Of a stretch of 64,000 nucleotides of DNA, positions 51,902-64,000 are shown piece by piece. Position 1 is the stretch's first letter; the number at the start of each line of letters is the position of its first letter. The DNA comes from the human T2T-CHM13v2.0 reference genome, Homo sapiens. The DNA is taken from the NCBI RefSeq assembly GCF_009914755.1, contig NC_060933.1. One strand, written 5' to 3'. A model generated the notes under the pieces. The model did no database searches. It was not told the origin of the DNA and saw only the letters and a program-made list of their open reading frames with translations. A program made the translations under genes and the position numbers.

Positions 51902-52868
51902 TGTGGGGAAAAGAAAGATCAGACTGTTACTGTGTCTATGTAGAAAGAAGTAGACATAAGAGACTCCATTTTGTTCTGTACTAAGAAAAATTCTTTTGCC
52001 TTGAGATGCTGTTAATCTGTAACCCTACCCCCAACCCTGTGCTCGCAGAAACATGTGCTTTGTCGACTCAAGGTTTAATGGATTTAGGGCTATGCAGAAT
52101 GTGCTTTGTTAAACAAATGCTTGAAGGCAGCGTGCTTGTTAAAATTCATCACCACTCCCTACTCTCAAGTACCCAGGGACAAAAAACACTGCGGAAGCCC
52201 GCAGGGACCTCTGTCTAGGAAAGCCAGGTATTGTCCAAGGTTTCTCCCATGTGATACTGTGAAACATGGCCTCCTGGGAAGGGAAAGACCTGACTGTCCG
52301 CCACCCCGACACACGTAAAGGGTCTGTGCTGAGGAGGATTAATAAAAGAGGAAGCCCTCTTTGAAGTTGAGATAAGAGGAAGGTATCTGTCTCCTGCTCG
52401 TCCCTGGGCAATGGAATGTCTTGGTGTAAAACTCGATTGTATATTCCATCTACTGAGATAGGAGAAAACCACCTTAGGGCTGGAGGTGAGACATGCTGGT
52501 GGCAATACTGCTCTTTAAGGCATTGAGATGTTTATGTATATGCACATCAAAAGCATAGCACTTTTTTCTTTACCTTGTTTATGATTCAGAGACATTTGTT
52601 CACATGTTTTCCTGCTGACCCTTTCCCCACTATTACCCTATTGTCCTGCCACATCCCCCTCTCCGAGATGGTAAAGATAATGACCAATAAATACTGAGGG
52701 AACACAGAGACCTGTGCCAGCACGGGTCCTCCGTATGCTGAGCGCAGCTCCCCTGGGCCCACTTTTCTTTCTCTATACTTTTGTCTCTGTGTCTCTTTCT
52801 TTTCTCAAGTCTCTCATTCCACCTGACGAGAAACTCCCACAGGTGTGGAGGGGCAGGCTACCCCTTCA
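51902..52868 (+). mobile_element. HERV-K (HML-2) solo LTR, LTR5B/5A-like
   Basis: TGTGGGGAAAAG...ACCCCTTCA termini; 967 bp; 6-bp TSD TACTGC at 51896-51901 and 52869-52874; AATAAA at 52686-52691. Confidence 0.93.
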
Positions 52869-52889
52869 TACTGCCTTCACAGCACCCAT

Positions 52890-53259
52890 TGTATTCGTCC
52901 ATTTTCACGCTGCTGATAAAGAAATACCTGAGACCGGGCACTTTACAGAAGAAAGAGGTTTAATGGACTTACAGTTCCACATGACTGGGGAGTCCTCACA
53001 ATCATGGCCGAAGGCAAGAAGGAGCAAGTCATGTCTCGCATGGATGGCAGCAGGCAAAAAGAGGGAGAGCTTGTGCAGGGGAACTCTTTATAAAACCATC
53101 AGATTTCATGAGACTTATTCACTGTCACGAGAACAGTATGAAGGAAAGTGCCCCCATGATTCAATTATCTCCCACTGGGTCCCTCCCACAACACGTGGGA
53201 ATTATGGGAGTATAATTCAAGATGAGATTCGGGTGGGGACAGAGAGCCAAAACATATCA
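52890..53259 (-). mobile_element. THE1B-like MaLR solo LTR
   Basis: TGTATT...ATATCA termini; near TSD CCCAT/CCCAC. Confidence 0.9.
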
Positions 53260-53490
53260 CCCACCATTAATGAAATTATCTTGTTTATATCATTGTGCTC
53301 ATGTTTATTGTTTGTTTCCTCTACTAGAATGAAAGCACCACTGGATCAGGGACCTTGTCCATATTATTCACTAGTGTTTCTCTAGCATCTGCAACAATGC
53401 CTAGCCATTAGCAGGTAATTAGGAAGCATTTGTTGAATAAATTAAATTTGAATAAATTAAATTTGAATGAATTAAAAATGAATAAATGGG
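53260..53490 (+). mobile_element. L2 3' end (host of the LTR5 and THE1 insertions)
   Basis: ctactagaatgaaagc...agggaccttgtc...tttgttgaataaat; upstream part at ~51810-51895. Confidence 0.65.
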
Positions 53491-55366
53491 TTGGTGGAAG
53501 GAATAATTGGAATGAAGATTGGTATTAGGATAGATGATCAAAGAATTTACTAATTGATATGCCCCAGACACGGACAGATTAGAAAGACTGTCATCCATAG
53601 AAGGCCTGGAGGCCCCCTCTTGCCAGATGACATTTTAGTGGACCCAAGGAAGACCCAGAGGATCCCTGAAATATTTCAACATTTTAACAACTGGTCTGTC
53701 CCCCAGTGCATACCATTTAAACACCACTCTGCTGGCTAGGACAACCATGTAATGTGCTATGGTAACAAAGTTTCACAGACTGGACAAATACATGAAATGG
53801 CTCATTTTTGAGTGCTCAGTAACATCATCTTAGTGCCCGCAAATCACGTATCTGAGGCTATGTAAAAATAAGACTGATCAGCTCGAATGTCAAGCTCTCA
53901 GGCATCTTTCTTTGCTTTGTGGGACTGAAATCATTTAAGGAAAGGAATGAGATCACTTACACTTTCTAAAGACTGAGGGACGCCCTGAGCTTCCCAGTTC
54001 TCCTACCCACATTTCTCTGAAGTCAGTGAGGCACTACTTCTGCTTGGCAACAAAGAATCTGCCTTCTCTTATTTCCCAAAGTCCCCCTTTTTTTTTGCCA
54101 AGATAATCTTTCCCAGACAGAGGCATTCAGGAGAAATAGAAGTCTCATGTCCCAAGAAATGGGGAAGGGAGGCGGGAAATCACACAGAAAAGGCCCTGGC
54201 GGTGCTTAGTCAAATGAGTTCAGCATTTGGATAGGGACCAGCAGCTGACACACATATGAGAAGATTAGGAGAGTATGTGTACTGAATAGTTCACCAAAAC
54301 CAAAGAAATTAAAATTGTAAGGCTGTGGGAAAAAATACTAGTTATGAGAATAAAGCAATTAATTTTCCTTACAAAATATCTGTTAACCACAATTGGCAAA
54401 TTAACTAATCCCCAAAATAATCAACACTATAAAACTTCACTCGGTTGTTTGAGAAAGGAGAAAGCCTGTTAATCAGAGCCAATTTTTAATGGCTGATTTT
54501 TCTAAAGCCCTTTTAGTGCTCAAATAAGGGTAACTACTAAGAGTCTTTTGGAAAACTACTATCAGGAATGAATGAGAAACATTCTTAATGACTTTAGATT
54601 GCTATATTCATTAGTTGCTAGCATACTTAAAAGTAGATTATTATTATTGTATTAAGTATCCTGTCTTGTTTCTTAGAAATATTTTCTCCACACATGTTAA
54701 TATTTAAAAAATCAGTCCATGCAATGATGTGATGATTAGAACCATAAATAGTTTGGACACTAGTTAATGAAGCTTTTCATTTTTAGGAAAACAGCAGAAT
54801 TATCTCAGAAAGGCTATCAGTGCATAGCTTTTAACTCTACCTCCTGCTGTCCAGGGATGTTAAACATTGGTAAACAGAAAGTGAACATGGAGGAAAGATT
54901 TTCTGATTGATGAGGGCAAGTCTTTCAAAAAGCATCCAATTTAAAAGATATCCTTTTCCTGGCGGAAAACCAAAGAAGTCTCTAACCCTCTCCCACCACA
55001 ATGTCAGTAATTTTTTAGATGGCATTTTTCCTCAGAATAATTAACATTATACAGCAGACAGAATTCTATCAACCCTACAATTCACAGATAGCAAAAAATA
55101 ACCCTCCAAAAGCCAGAATAATGGAAAACATGGATGAAATCATAAAGTCACAGTAAGAATTTCCATAGAGAGTAAACTGATTCCGTTGCAAGCCAGGGAG
55201 TTCTGTGAAATTATCTTGTGTTGTCTAAAATAGAGAAGTAACTAAGATAGGATATTCCATGCAACATGTTGTCCAGGGTAGAACAGACTAGTAGTGATCA
55301 CTCCAGGCTCAAGATTTAACCAATAACCTAGTAATAAGGATGGGTAACTAACAATAGAAACACACC

Positions 55367-55528
55367 GCAGAGGTGGCGGCGCCTGTAATCCCAGCTACTC
55401 AGGAGGCTGAGGCAGAGAATTGCTTGAACCCAGGAGGCGGAGCTTGCAGTGTGCGGAGATCGCGCCACTGCACTCCAGCCTGGGCGACAGATTGAGACTC
55501 CGTCTAAGACAAAAAAAAAAAAAAAAAA
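55367..55528 (+). mobile_element. 5'-truncated Alu (right arm, AluY-like)
   Basis: Right monomer plus A tail; near TSD AG(A/G)AACACACC at 55356-55366 and 55529-55539. Confidence 0.88.
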
Positions 55529-55537
55529 AGGAACACA

Positions 55538-56239
55538 CCAGGAGAAAACCGTCTCCCTTCTGGCTCCGCCATCCGCTGAGAGCTACTTCCACTCAATAAA
55601 GCTTTGCACTCATTCTCCAAGCCCACGTGTGATCTGATTCTTCGGGTACACCAGGCAAGAACCCAGGATACAGAAAACCCTGTGTCCTTGTGACAGGGTA
55701 GAGGGTCTAATTGAGCTGGTTAACACAAGCCACCTATATGCACATGGAAAGGGGTGGTGGTAGTTGTGATGACGAAGGTTACTAAACACAAGCGCTTTAC
55801 TTTACTCCTTAGTTTGGGTTGACTCATTGAAGGGGGAAATGTTCCCTTGTCCCTCCCACAGGGCATGTGATGTGGGTGTGGCTCGCTTCTTGAGTGCCCT
55901 GCTGCTCAGACCTCTAGAGGAGCACACACACCGGCAGGCCGTGGGGTTCCGATCCCACGGCAGTGTCTAGGGGTGAATGTGTAGGCTCCTGAAGCCCCAG
56001 TAGGCCTGTGTTACAGGGTGCTCTCTTAGTTTGCCGTCTATAGGTGGCTTGTGTTAACCAGCTCAATTAGACCCTCTACCCTGTCACAAGGACACAGGGC
56101 TTTCTGTATCCTGGGTTCTGGCCTGGTGTACCCGAAGAATCAGATCACACGTGGGCTTGGAGAATGAGTGCAAAGCTTTATTGAGTGGAAGTAGCTCTCA
56201 GCGGATGGGGGAGCCAGAAGGGAGATGGTTTTCTCCTGG
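55538..56239. repeat. 201-bp inverted repeat (arms 55538-55738 and 56039-56239, 300-bp spacer)
   Basis: Manual alignment gives 197/201 identical with no gaps. Confidence 0.95.
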
Positions 56240-56679
56240 AGTTGAGGGGCTCGGGGGCCGCTCTCCTCCGACTGCCCACCGAACTCCACTGGTCCCACCG
56301 GTGGATGCCCGGCCGGCGGGCCGGTGCCTGTGTCTGTTCTATATGCTCTTCTGCCGACGTGCTCCTCTCAACGTCCTCTCAACGACCAGCCGCTTGCGTC
56401 TTCTTCCTCCAATGTGCTCCTCAGGACGTCCTGCCGCTTGTGTCTCTGCCTTGCTAGGGTCTCATGTTTTTATAGGCCCAGGATGGGGGCGTGACGGGCC
56501 AGGGTGGTCTTGGAAAATGCAACATTAGGGCAAGAAGGCAGAAGTGCTAGTACTCACCTAGGTCTGCGGGGATGGAGCCCTAACCAGGGGCCACCCCCGT
56601 CTCTACCCAGCACATCTGTTCCCCCATTCCTTATCATTTAAAGGGACCACACTCTTACCTTTCCAGCACTCCTGTATCA
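55828..56679 (-). mobile_element. ERV1-class solo LTR (LTR27/LTR28/MER52-like)
   Basis: TGA...TATCA termini; 4-bp TSD TCAT at 55824-55827 and 56680-56683; minus-strand AATAAA at 56177-56182. Confidence 0.8.
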
Positions 56680-58489
56680 TCATTGTTTTATAAAATCACA
56701 AGCTGAATCATTTGTTATTATAAGCCAAGAAACCTGAAATGAGACCCAGCTGGTTTGCATCCTTAGTATCCTAGGGCAGAGACTGGTAGCCCCAAACCAG
56801 AATGATGCTTGAATAAATCCTATTTCTCTTTTAAGTACTCCACACCAAAACGAGTACAAAAGCTCCTTTCTAACACTTACCCTAATTATGGGGCGGGGTG
56901 GGGGGAGGGCAGAGGTCAGTAATTTATTCTGAGAATGAATGGAATTGACCAATGGAATTTATTTTGGAATCAATGGCATCAAAGAAAAAAAGGTTTTAAA
57001 AGTCACTAATCTCTATATTGAAGCAGTAGTTTTAGACACTTTAGTGATAAAATGCCAGATACAGCTTATTGCTAAGCAAGTATGAACAAAGCCCAAAACT
57101 AAGATCAGACACCTGGGAGAAGACAGACAGAATGGCAAAGTGTAAACGTTGGCCAAACTGAGGACAGGCTGAAGCTGAAAATTGGGAGCTCAGAACACCA
57201 AATGACTACACAGGGAGCCTAAACACCAGGGTCAAAGAGGAACATAGGTAGTCAAGGACATAGAATTTGGAAGAATATATGATGGGTATCCATGGCAAAA
57301 AAAAATATGAACAGACAAGTACAGGTAAACAGAACCACAGGGGACAAAGACATGAAGCTGAAGGACTAAGCTCTTGACACTTCTCTTATCCTGGTTCTAA
57401 TCCTGTTTCAAAGCCCAGTTGTAACTCTGCTATTGGATTGCCTATGATACTTCTGCATTCTTGTAGTAAACTCTCCAACCCCTCTTCTTTGTTGTTTCCT
57501 GTTAATTGTAACCAAATAATTTTTATTAACATAGCATTTGTACATTACAAAGATCTGGAAGCATATTGCCAAGTAGTTCTCCAGAAAGTACATGGGATTC
57601 ATTTACCCAATGACAGGTGCCTGTTTCCCTCCATTTTTACTAACTTGATGTTTTCATTCTTTCAATTCTTTACAAATTCTTTTTTATATTCTAATAACTG
57701 GTGTACTCAGAAATAGCACACTGTCTTTGCCACAGAAATATAGAAAGGATGGATACTACCAAGAGATCTGGACTCAGAGAACAGGGGCTCCTATTGATAT
57801 AAATTTGGATTCTCTTCCATTGGAAAAAATGATGAGATCATTTATGGCTAAATATGGAACAGTAAGATCATGCTAAGCAAGGGGATCTTTGAATGAATGG
57901 ACAGAAGGATGGATAAGTTTGTGCTGCATCATAGTTGAAAAGGAGCAGAGCATGGTAGATACCTTTTAGGTCTGAAGGAAACTGCCCAACCCATAAAGAT
58001 TTCTTGAGGATCCCACTGGTGTCCAAAGCTGATCCATCTAAAGGACACCTAATCTACCACAATGTATTAATCATAACTTTACATAATAAGATGAGGTTTA
58101 AGAATTATAATGGAGGAAATTATCATTTTATAGAACTGACTACACTGCTAGCCAATGAGTAACTGAAGATTATGAAACATCAAAGAGTTCAGGTGAGTAG
58201 GTAGTTAAAAATAAATAGGTACCATTCAATATATTCTAAATAAAGCTTGTTAAAATATATATATTATGTTACTCTCAAAGTTACAAAAAATCTGGGAATG
58301 ATCCCACTGGTGAGCATGAAAATAAATGTGTAAGAAGTATATAATTAGCAACAGCAACCCCAAAAAAGCCCCCTAAATTTTAATTATAAAAGTAAAAGTG
58401 GTTTAAATAGAGAAAGATGTCTTGAGATGGGATAATTGATATTATTAGATGTATGTTATTTCCTGAACATAATTAAAATTCAGCAAAGA

Positions 58490-58790
58490 TATATCTAGAA
58501 CTTGACAAAATATTCATCTGGAAGAAAAGCCTATGGGGCTTATAAAAGGTTGGATTAATGGGGGCACTTACCGAAACACATTTTAAAGATTACCATAAAG
58601 CTACAGTAATCAAAAAAGTGTAGTACTGGCAGTAGAATAAACAAGAAAAAGTCAGTTTTTAAAAACAGATTAATATGATAAATCTGAAAGGAATGAAGTG
58701 TGGTAAAGTTTACATTTCAAATCAGTGAGAACAAGATGGATTAGTGAATTATACTTGGGAAAAAATAAGTTAGAACCATTATATATCTGT
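58490..58790 (+). mobile_element. Ancient L1M ORF2 fragment
   Basis: taccataaagctacagtaatcaaaaaagtgtagtactggc resembles L1 YYKATVIKTVWYW. Confidence 0.65.
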
Positions 58791-59959
58791 CAAGGTCAAT
58801 TGCAAAAACCCGGTGTATTCATTAGCTAGTTTAAGCAGAAGGAAATTTATTACATGGTACTAAAGGGCTTACGGAATCATTAAGAGAAATGGAAAAAAAA
58901 AAAAAAAAAGAAAAAAGAGACTATAGGCTGTACTTCCAGGAACAGCTCCCAAAGCCACATGGTAGGTCTGGGCTAGGAAAGTTGGTGCCAACTTGCTAAA
59001 TTTCTTCTGCAGTGGCTAGGTCTGAAGCCACACTGCCCTTGCTAGTTTCTGCACAACTCATTTGCCAAATCAAATCTCACTCAAGTACATTTGATCCACA
59101 AAATCTAAGTCACATCAGCCACACTAGTTACACAGATGTATGGAAACTGCAGGTTTCAGTTTTCCAGCCTGTGCAGTGCAAGGAAGGGCATTAGAAGGAG
59201 GAGGACTAGATGGTGAGCTGACCAATTTACACAAACCAAAATAATCCCCAGATACCTTAAATATAAAGAACCAAATAATAAAATAGAACAAAATATAGAT
59301 ATGTTTAGGCATTTAAACTGATATTTTTTAGTATTTGAAGTATTACGCTATATGTTAGTATGGTGTGTAATAACATGCATTGGAAACACCCTGAAGTTAT
59401 CAGTATATAATTGCTTGTTAATTATGGCACATCACAGGGACTGTCACTCATTCTTTAAAAGAATTAGAGGATATTTAATGATACGAAAAGATGTTCACAA
59501 TAGATCACTGATTTTTAAAATCAGGTAATACAAGTTATGGGGTACAAACTCATTTTGTGAATTACTCCTGTAAATTGTGTTATATTCAGTACACATTAAT
59601 AGATATATTACATGTAATATACATTTTAATTTATAACATGTAACGAAACACATAACACACACATATATTTCTGGGAAGAAAGAGAATGAGAGTGAGAAGG
59701 AAAAAGCCTATAAAAATGGTAACAGTGACTATTTCAGAACAATGTGGTTGTGGGATTATTTGATTTCTTGTTTGGCTTATAATTTCTTAAGCAGATACAC
59801 AATAATAGAGTATCTCCTTTGTTACAAGAGGAGATTATTTTTAAAAAGCAAAAAACAAAAGAACGAGGAACCAATATAATTTAGAAAAAAAAAAGATTTT
59901 AAAAAAATTTTAGAAAAAAAGAAATTTTAAATCCTAAATGAATGTTACCCAACATTTTT

Positions 59960-60620
59960 AATGAAAGTTAACGTTTACTAGAAACTTGCTATTTGACAGC
60001 CACTGTTCTTAGTGCTTTAAATGTATTAATATATTTGTTTTTCATAACAACCCAAAAGGTAGACACTATTACTATTTTCATTTTACAATGAGGGAACACA
60101 TAAGAGGTTACGTAAATTGCCTGACATCATACAACTAGCAAGTGGTTGAGCTTACTACACAACACTGTTATAAAACCCAAGCTTTCAATCACAACATTAA
60201 ATATTATCAATATTAATATTCTTAGCTAATATTTTTTGGGCATCAACATATAATACAATGCAACCATTTTTAATTGTACAATGCAATGGCTTTTGGCATA
60301 TTGACAGAGTTGTACATTAATCACCACAGTCAATTCTGGAACACTTTCATCACCCCAAAAAGAAATCCCACTTCCTTGAGCCCATCACCACCCCATCACT
60401 CCAGGCATCATACCAATACTTCACTTCCGTAATCTATTGTATTCTTGCAACAATGCTGTATGGTAGAAGTGAATAGCCCCACTATACAGATGAGAAAACT
60501 GAGGTAGAGAGAGGTCGAGAAACTTGCCTAAATTGTATAACTAGTAAACAGTAGAATTGGGACTTAAATTCAGGCAATCTGTCTTCAGAATACAGTCTCC
60601 TAACTACTCTGCTATGCCAC
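59960..60620 (-). mobile_element. MIR fragments (two, ~59960-60200 and ~60420-60620)
   Basis: cattttacaatgaggg and tacagatgagaaaactgagg...aacttgcc cores. Confidence 0.6.
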
Positions 60621-63600
60621 CACTACATTATATTACAAAAATGAAAGTTCATGAATAAGTAGAAATTACTCCAGGAATATAAAGATTGTTCAATTTGAAT
60701 ATATCTAGCAAAATGACATATCATACCAATAATAATAGCGAAAAAAATACTATCCCCAAAAGCACTCAGTATCTATCTCTAGCAGAAAAAAATAGATGGA
60801 TGACCCCCACAAGTAAACAAGAATAGGAGAATGTGTACACGTCTATCTGAAATAACTGTAATTAACACCTAACATTGACACAAGAAAGACATATGTAAGT
60901 AATAAAAAATAAAACATATCTGTTACCATTACCCTAACTTAAATTTATTCTACATGTTTTAACTAAGGCAGTCAGTAAGTAAAAGGAAAAATGAGGTTTC
61001 TCTTTAAAAAGAAAATGCAAAATAATTATTTCTATATAATAGACTGTATAAATAGAAAAATAAAACCAACTTCAAAATCATCTTTAGTAATACAATATTT
61101 CAGTAATCCAAGAAACGGAAAGTCTGTGAAAAAAAAAAAAAGATATACGTGTGTGGGAGTGGCAATGGGAGTGGAAGGTTAGAGCTCAAATTCATCTTTC
61201 AGGCTGAACAGTCCCCATGAACTGGAAATCATTAAGTCCTGTTTCACCTCCCGAGAATGCATACCAGTTAAATTCTTTACATTCTTTTTCCTTGCCTACT
61301 TTGCCTGGAAAAATGCTTGAAACCACAATGTTGGACAGATAGTTTATTTTTGTGTGTCAGTATTTTAACTGGAAGGAAGAGGAGAAAATTTTTCATGGAT
61401 CTTTAGGTTATAATGATTTGACCTTTTATTAGTTATAGGATTTATTGCCCACATGAAAAAAAAGGAAGAACTTTTGCAAAGGAAGAGTGGAAAAGCTAAG
61501 GGCCAATATCATGTATTCCCGTCTTCCCTGACCTACTATTCAAAACCTCCAGTAATGTGGAGAAAAAAGAAAGGCTCCAGAGTCCTTTGAAGTCTGTGTG
61601 ACTTCAAGGAAATTACAGAATAAAAATGTCATGGAGCATCTTGCAGGCTGCTGGAGACCCCAGGGCTCTAGGCTGAAGGGAGTCTTCAGCTTTGCAGATC
61701 CAAGAGCCCAGATGAATCTGCTCAACTAAGGGCTATTCTGGGATGTCCAAGAGCTGTGACTAAATGAACTTACCAGATTTTTTTTTATATAAACCAGTCA
61801 TTTATGCATCTTTACCAGCCTCCTTCCCACAGAGGTTTTGGTGGCTAAGATGTCAGCCCATTAATTTATCTTTAGAAATACATCAGTAGCTGCTGAGGTA
61901 CACCAGATGAAAACTGACTTGGAGTCAGAATCCCTGGTCCAAGTCTCAAATTAGTCATTTAAATATTATGTGTGATCCTGGCTGAGACACTTAGCCTATC
62001 ACTCCACCAAAATTAGCTTTATCAATGTCACCAATAACCTGCTGGTTCCCATGTACAATACACTCTTTTATTAAAATCTCACTTAACCTCTCCATGGCCT
62101 TGTACCCTGCTGATCACCTTTCCTCCTTGAGTTTTCATGGCACCACCTTTCTGGTTTTCTGCTTACCTGTCAGCTGATTCTTCTCTTTATTCTTCATCTC
62201 ATCCTTTGCATCTAGGATCTGTCTTTCATACTCAACTATTTGGGTTTAAATCCCTTTCCTTGAGTAGCCTCATCCAGATCCATAGATTCAAGTCCCAGAC
62301 ATTGATCCTAAGACCCAGAACTATAGATAAGACATTTCCACCTGAACAAACCTTGGAGACCTAAACTCAACAGGCCCCAAACTGAACTAAGCGTCTACCC
62401 TTATGCCTTCCCCATACTGTCCAAATCAGAAAATTAACTCCTCAGGTGAAGTTGATGCTATTAATCTATGAATGACCCTTTGAGTAGCAAGTCTGAAAAG
62501 CAAGAACTTTTTTCATGACTCCAACACTAGATTATCAAGTCTTCCTTGTTTATAGCCCCTCGCTCCGCATCATCCCCACCTCCATTGCCTTAATTCAAGA
62601 GGGAATGACACCTCCTTCAAAACAGCCTCTATGCTCTCTCTACTGATCTCCCTGACTCCTTGCTGGGCCATGCCAATTTTTCTTACATAGTCCTCCCATA
62701 ATGACCTTTATCAAAGGCCAGTCTGAGACTCCCAAATGGCTTTTCCATAGCTCTAGAGTTATTTAAGCTTCTTTGTTTTGTATGCCGGCCCTTCATGGTC
62801 TGGCTTTATTCTACCTCTAGACTCACATCTGCAATCCCACATCCCTTGCATCTCAATCATTACCTCGATTTTCCCAAACACATCATGCTGTTTCATGTAT
62901 CACTGCCTTCCTACAATCATTTCTTCTATTGGAATGCCATTCCAAACCTCAAAGCTTATTCTTTTCTCATCCTTCTAGGATCAGTTCATTCATTCCTTTC
63001 AAAAGAGGTCTACCCTTTCCCTGGTGTGATAGATTGCATTTGCTCACCACTCTTTTTGCCATGGCTTCATCATGACCAAAGTAGACTTTCCCACACTTGT
63101 GCCTTACTGTGGCCAATAGCACAGAAGCGGAGGTAATAATGTGCCAGTTCCAAACCCTTTTAAACAAACTTAATGACATCCCTATGAGAAGAACCTGTCT
63201 GAGCCTGTCTCAGAATGATCATGAGAAACACATGGAGAACTTCTCTAATCAGCTGACCCTCAGAGGACCAAAAGACGTGTCAGATAAATCCTTACTGGTA
63301 TGTGCAGTTTTGAGGTGTGGTTGCTTCTTATGTGGTGTGTTGTATATTAACCAAAACATTTAGTGTAGTTTATTTGTCCTTCTCTGTCCTCCCATAGCCA
63401 CTCTGTATGCTTTAGGCCAGCTCTTCTCCAAGACAAATGAGGAAGCAAAACTGGCACCTTGACCTGCTGCCATTCAAACTTTAGTCATAGGGGAAAAAAC
63501 ATCCTCTCTGCATTCTAATAAAGTTTCTTAAAAATGTAATAACACCCTGCCTTGTACTATTCCTCCAAATAAATGAAGACTTCAGCCCTTCCCCTTAAGT

Positions 63601-64000
63601 TGTTAATTCTCTAACCAAAATAATTTTATCCTTGACTTTTATAAAACTGATGCCTACATATATATGTGAACCTTTATTTACTGATATGACAATCCAGTGA
63701 AGAAACATCTGATTTTCTGCCATGAACAAACCAACTTTCACCTTGTTTAATTCAGGGATCCCAGCTCTCTTAAAATCTGGAGTAACTTGAAAAACTATGC
63801 AAGTAGAAATAATTTTATTTTCTCAATGCGTTTGTCTGAGTTTTGTTTTGTTTGTTTGTTTGTTTGTTTTTTGTTTTTGCCACGAGCAAAGTTTGAGGCA
63901 TTAGGTGCCATCAAGTGCTCAGCATTCTAGAAGCCTATGTCTTGCAAGCGTGATGGTAGCTCAGGGATTTGTCTGTGAGAGAAGAAACCAGAAAGGCACT

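Noticed and set aside
52714-53385. 223-aa ORF
   Set aside because: Starts at GTG and is a chance fusion of LTR5, THE1 and L2 sequence with no protein features.

Overview
Human (primate) genomic DNA containing the 3' part of MUSK (muscle-specific receptor tyrosine kinase, + strand). Six coding exons are present, from the end of the Frizzled-like CRD through a 24-nt micro-exon, the transmembrane and NPXY juxtamembrane region and the kinase domain to the stop at 26634. About 37 kb of repeat-rich 3'/intergenic sequence follows. The last intron carries a full-length, sense-oriented L1HS of the pre-Ta (ACG/G) subset with open ORF1, ORF2 and ORF0 and an 11-bp TSD at a TT/AAAA site. It also has a mutated native poly(A) signal, two stacked 3' transductions, and a C1147W change in the ORF2 zinc knuckle. 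Downstream are an old L1MA-type element lacking nearly all of ORF2, a HERV-K LTR5 solo LTR beside a THE1 LTR, an ERV1 LTR with a 201-bp 98%-identical inverted local copy, and many Alu/MIR/L2 elements. I see no evidence of a wholly new gene system; the most notable signals concern retroelement history and possible effects on MUSK RNA processing. Repeat subfamily names and L1 reference residues are from memory, not from a search.
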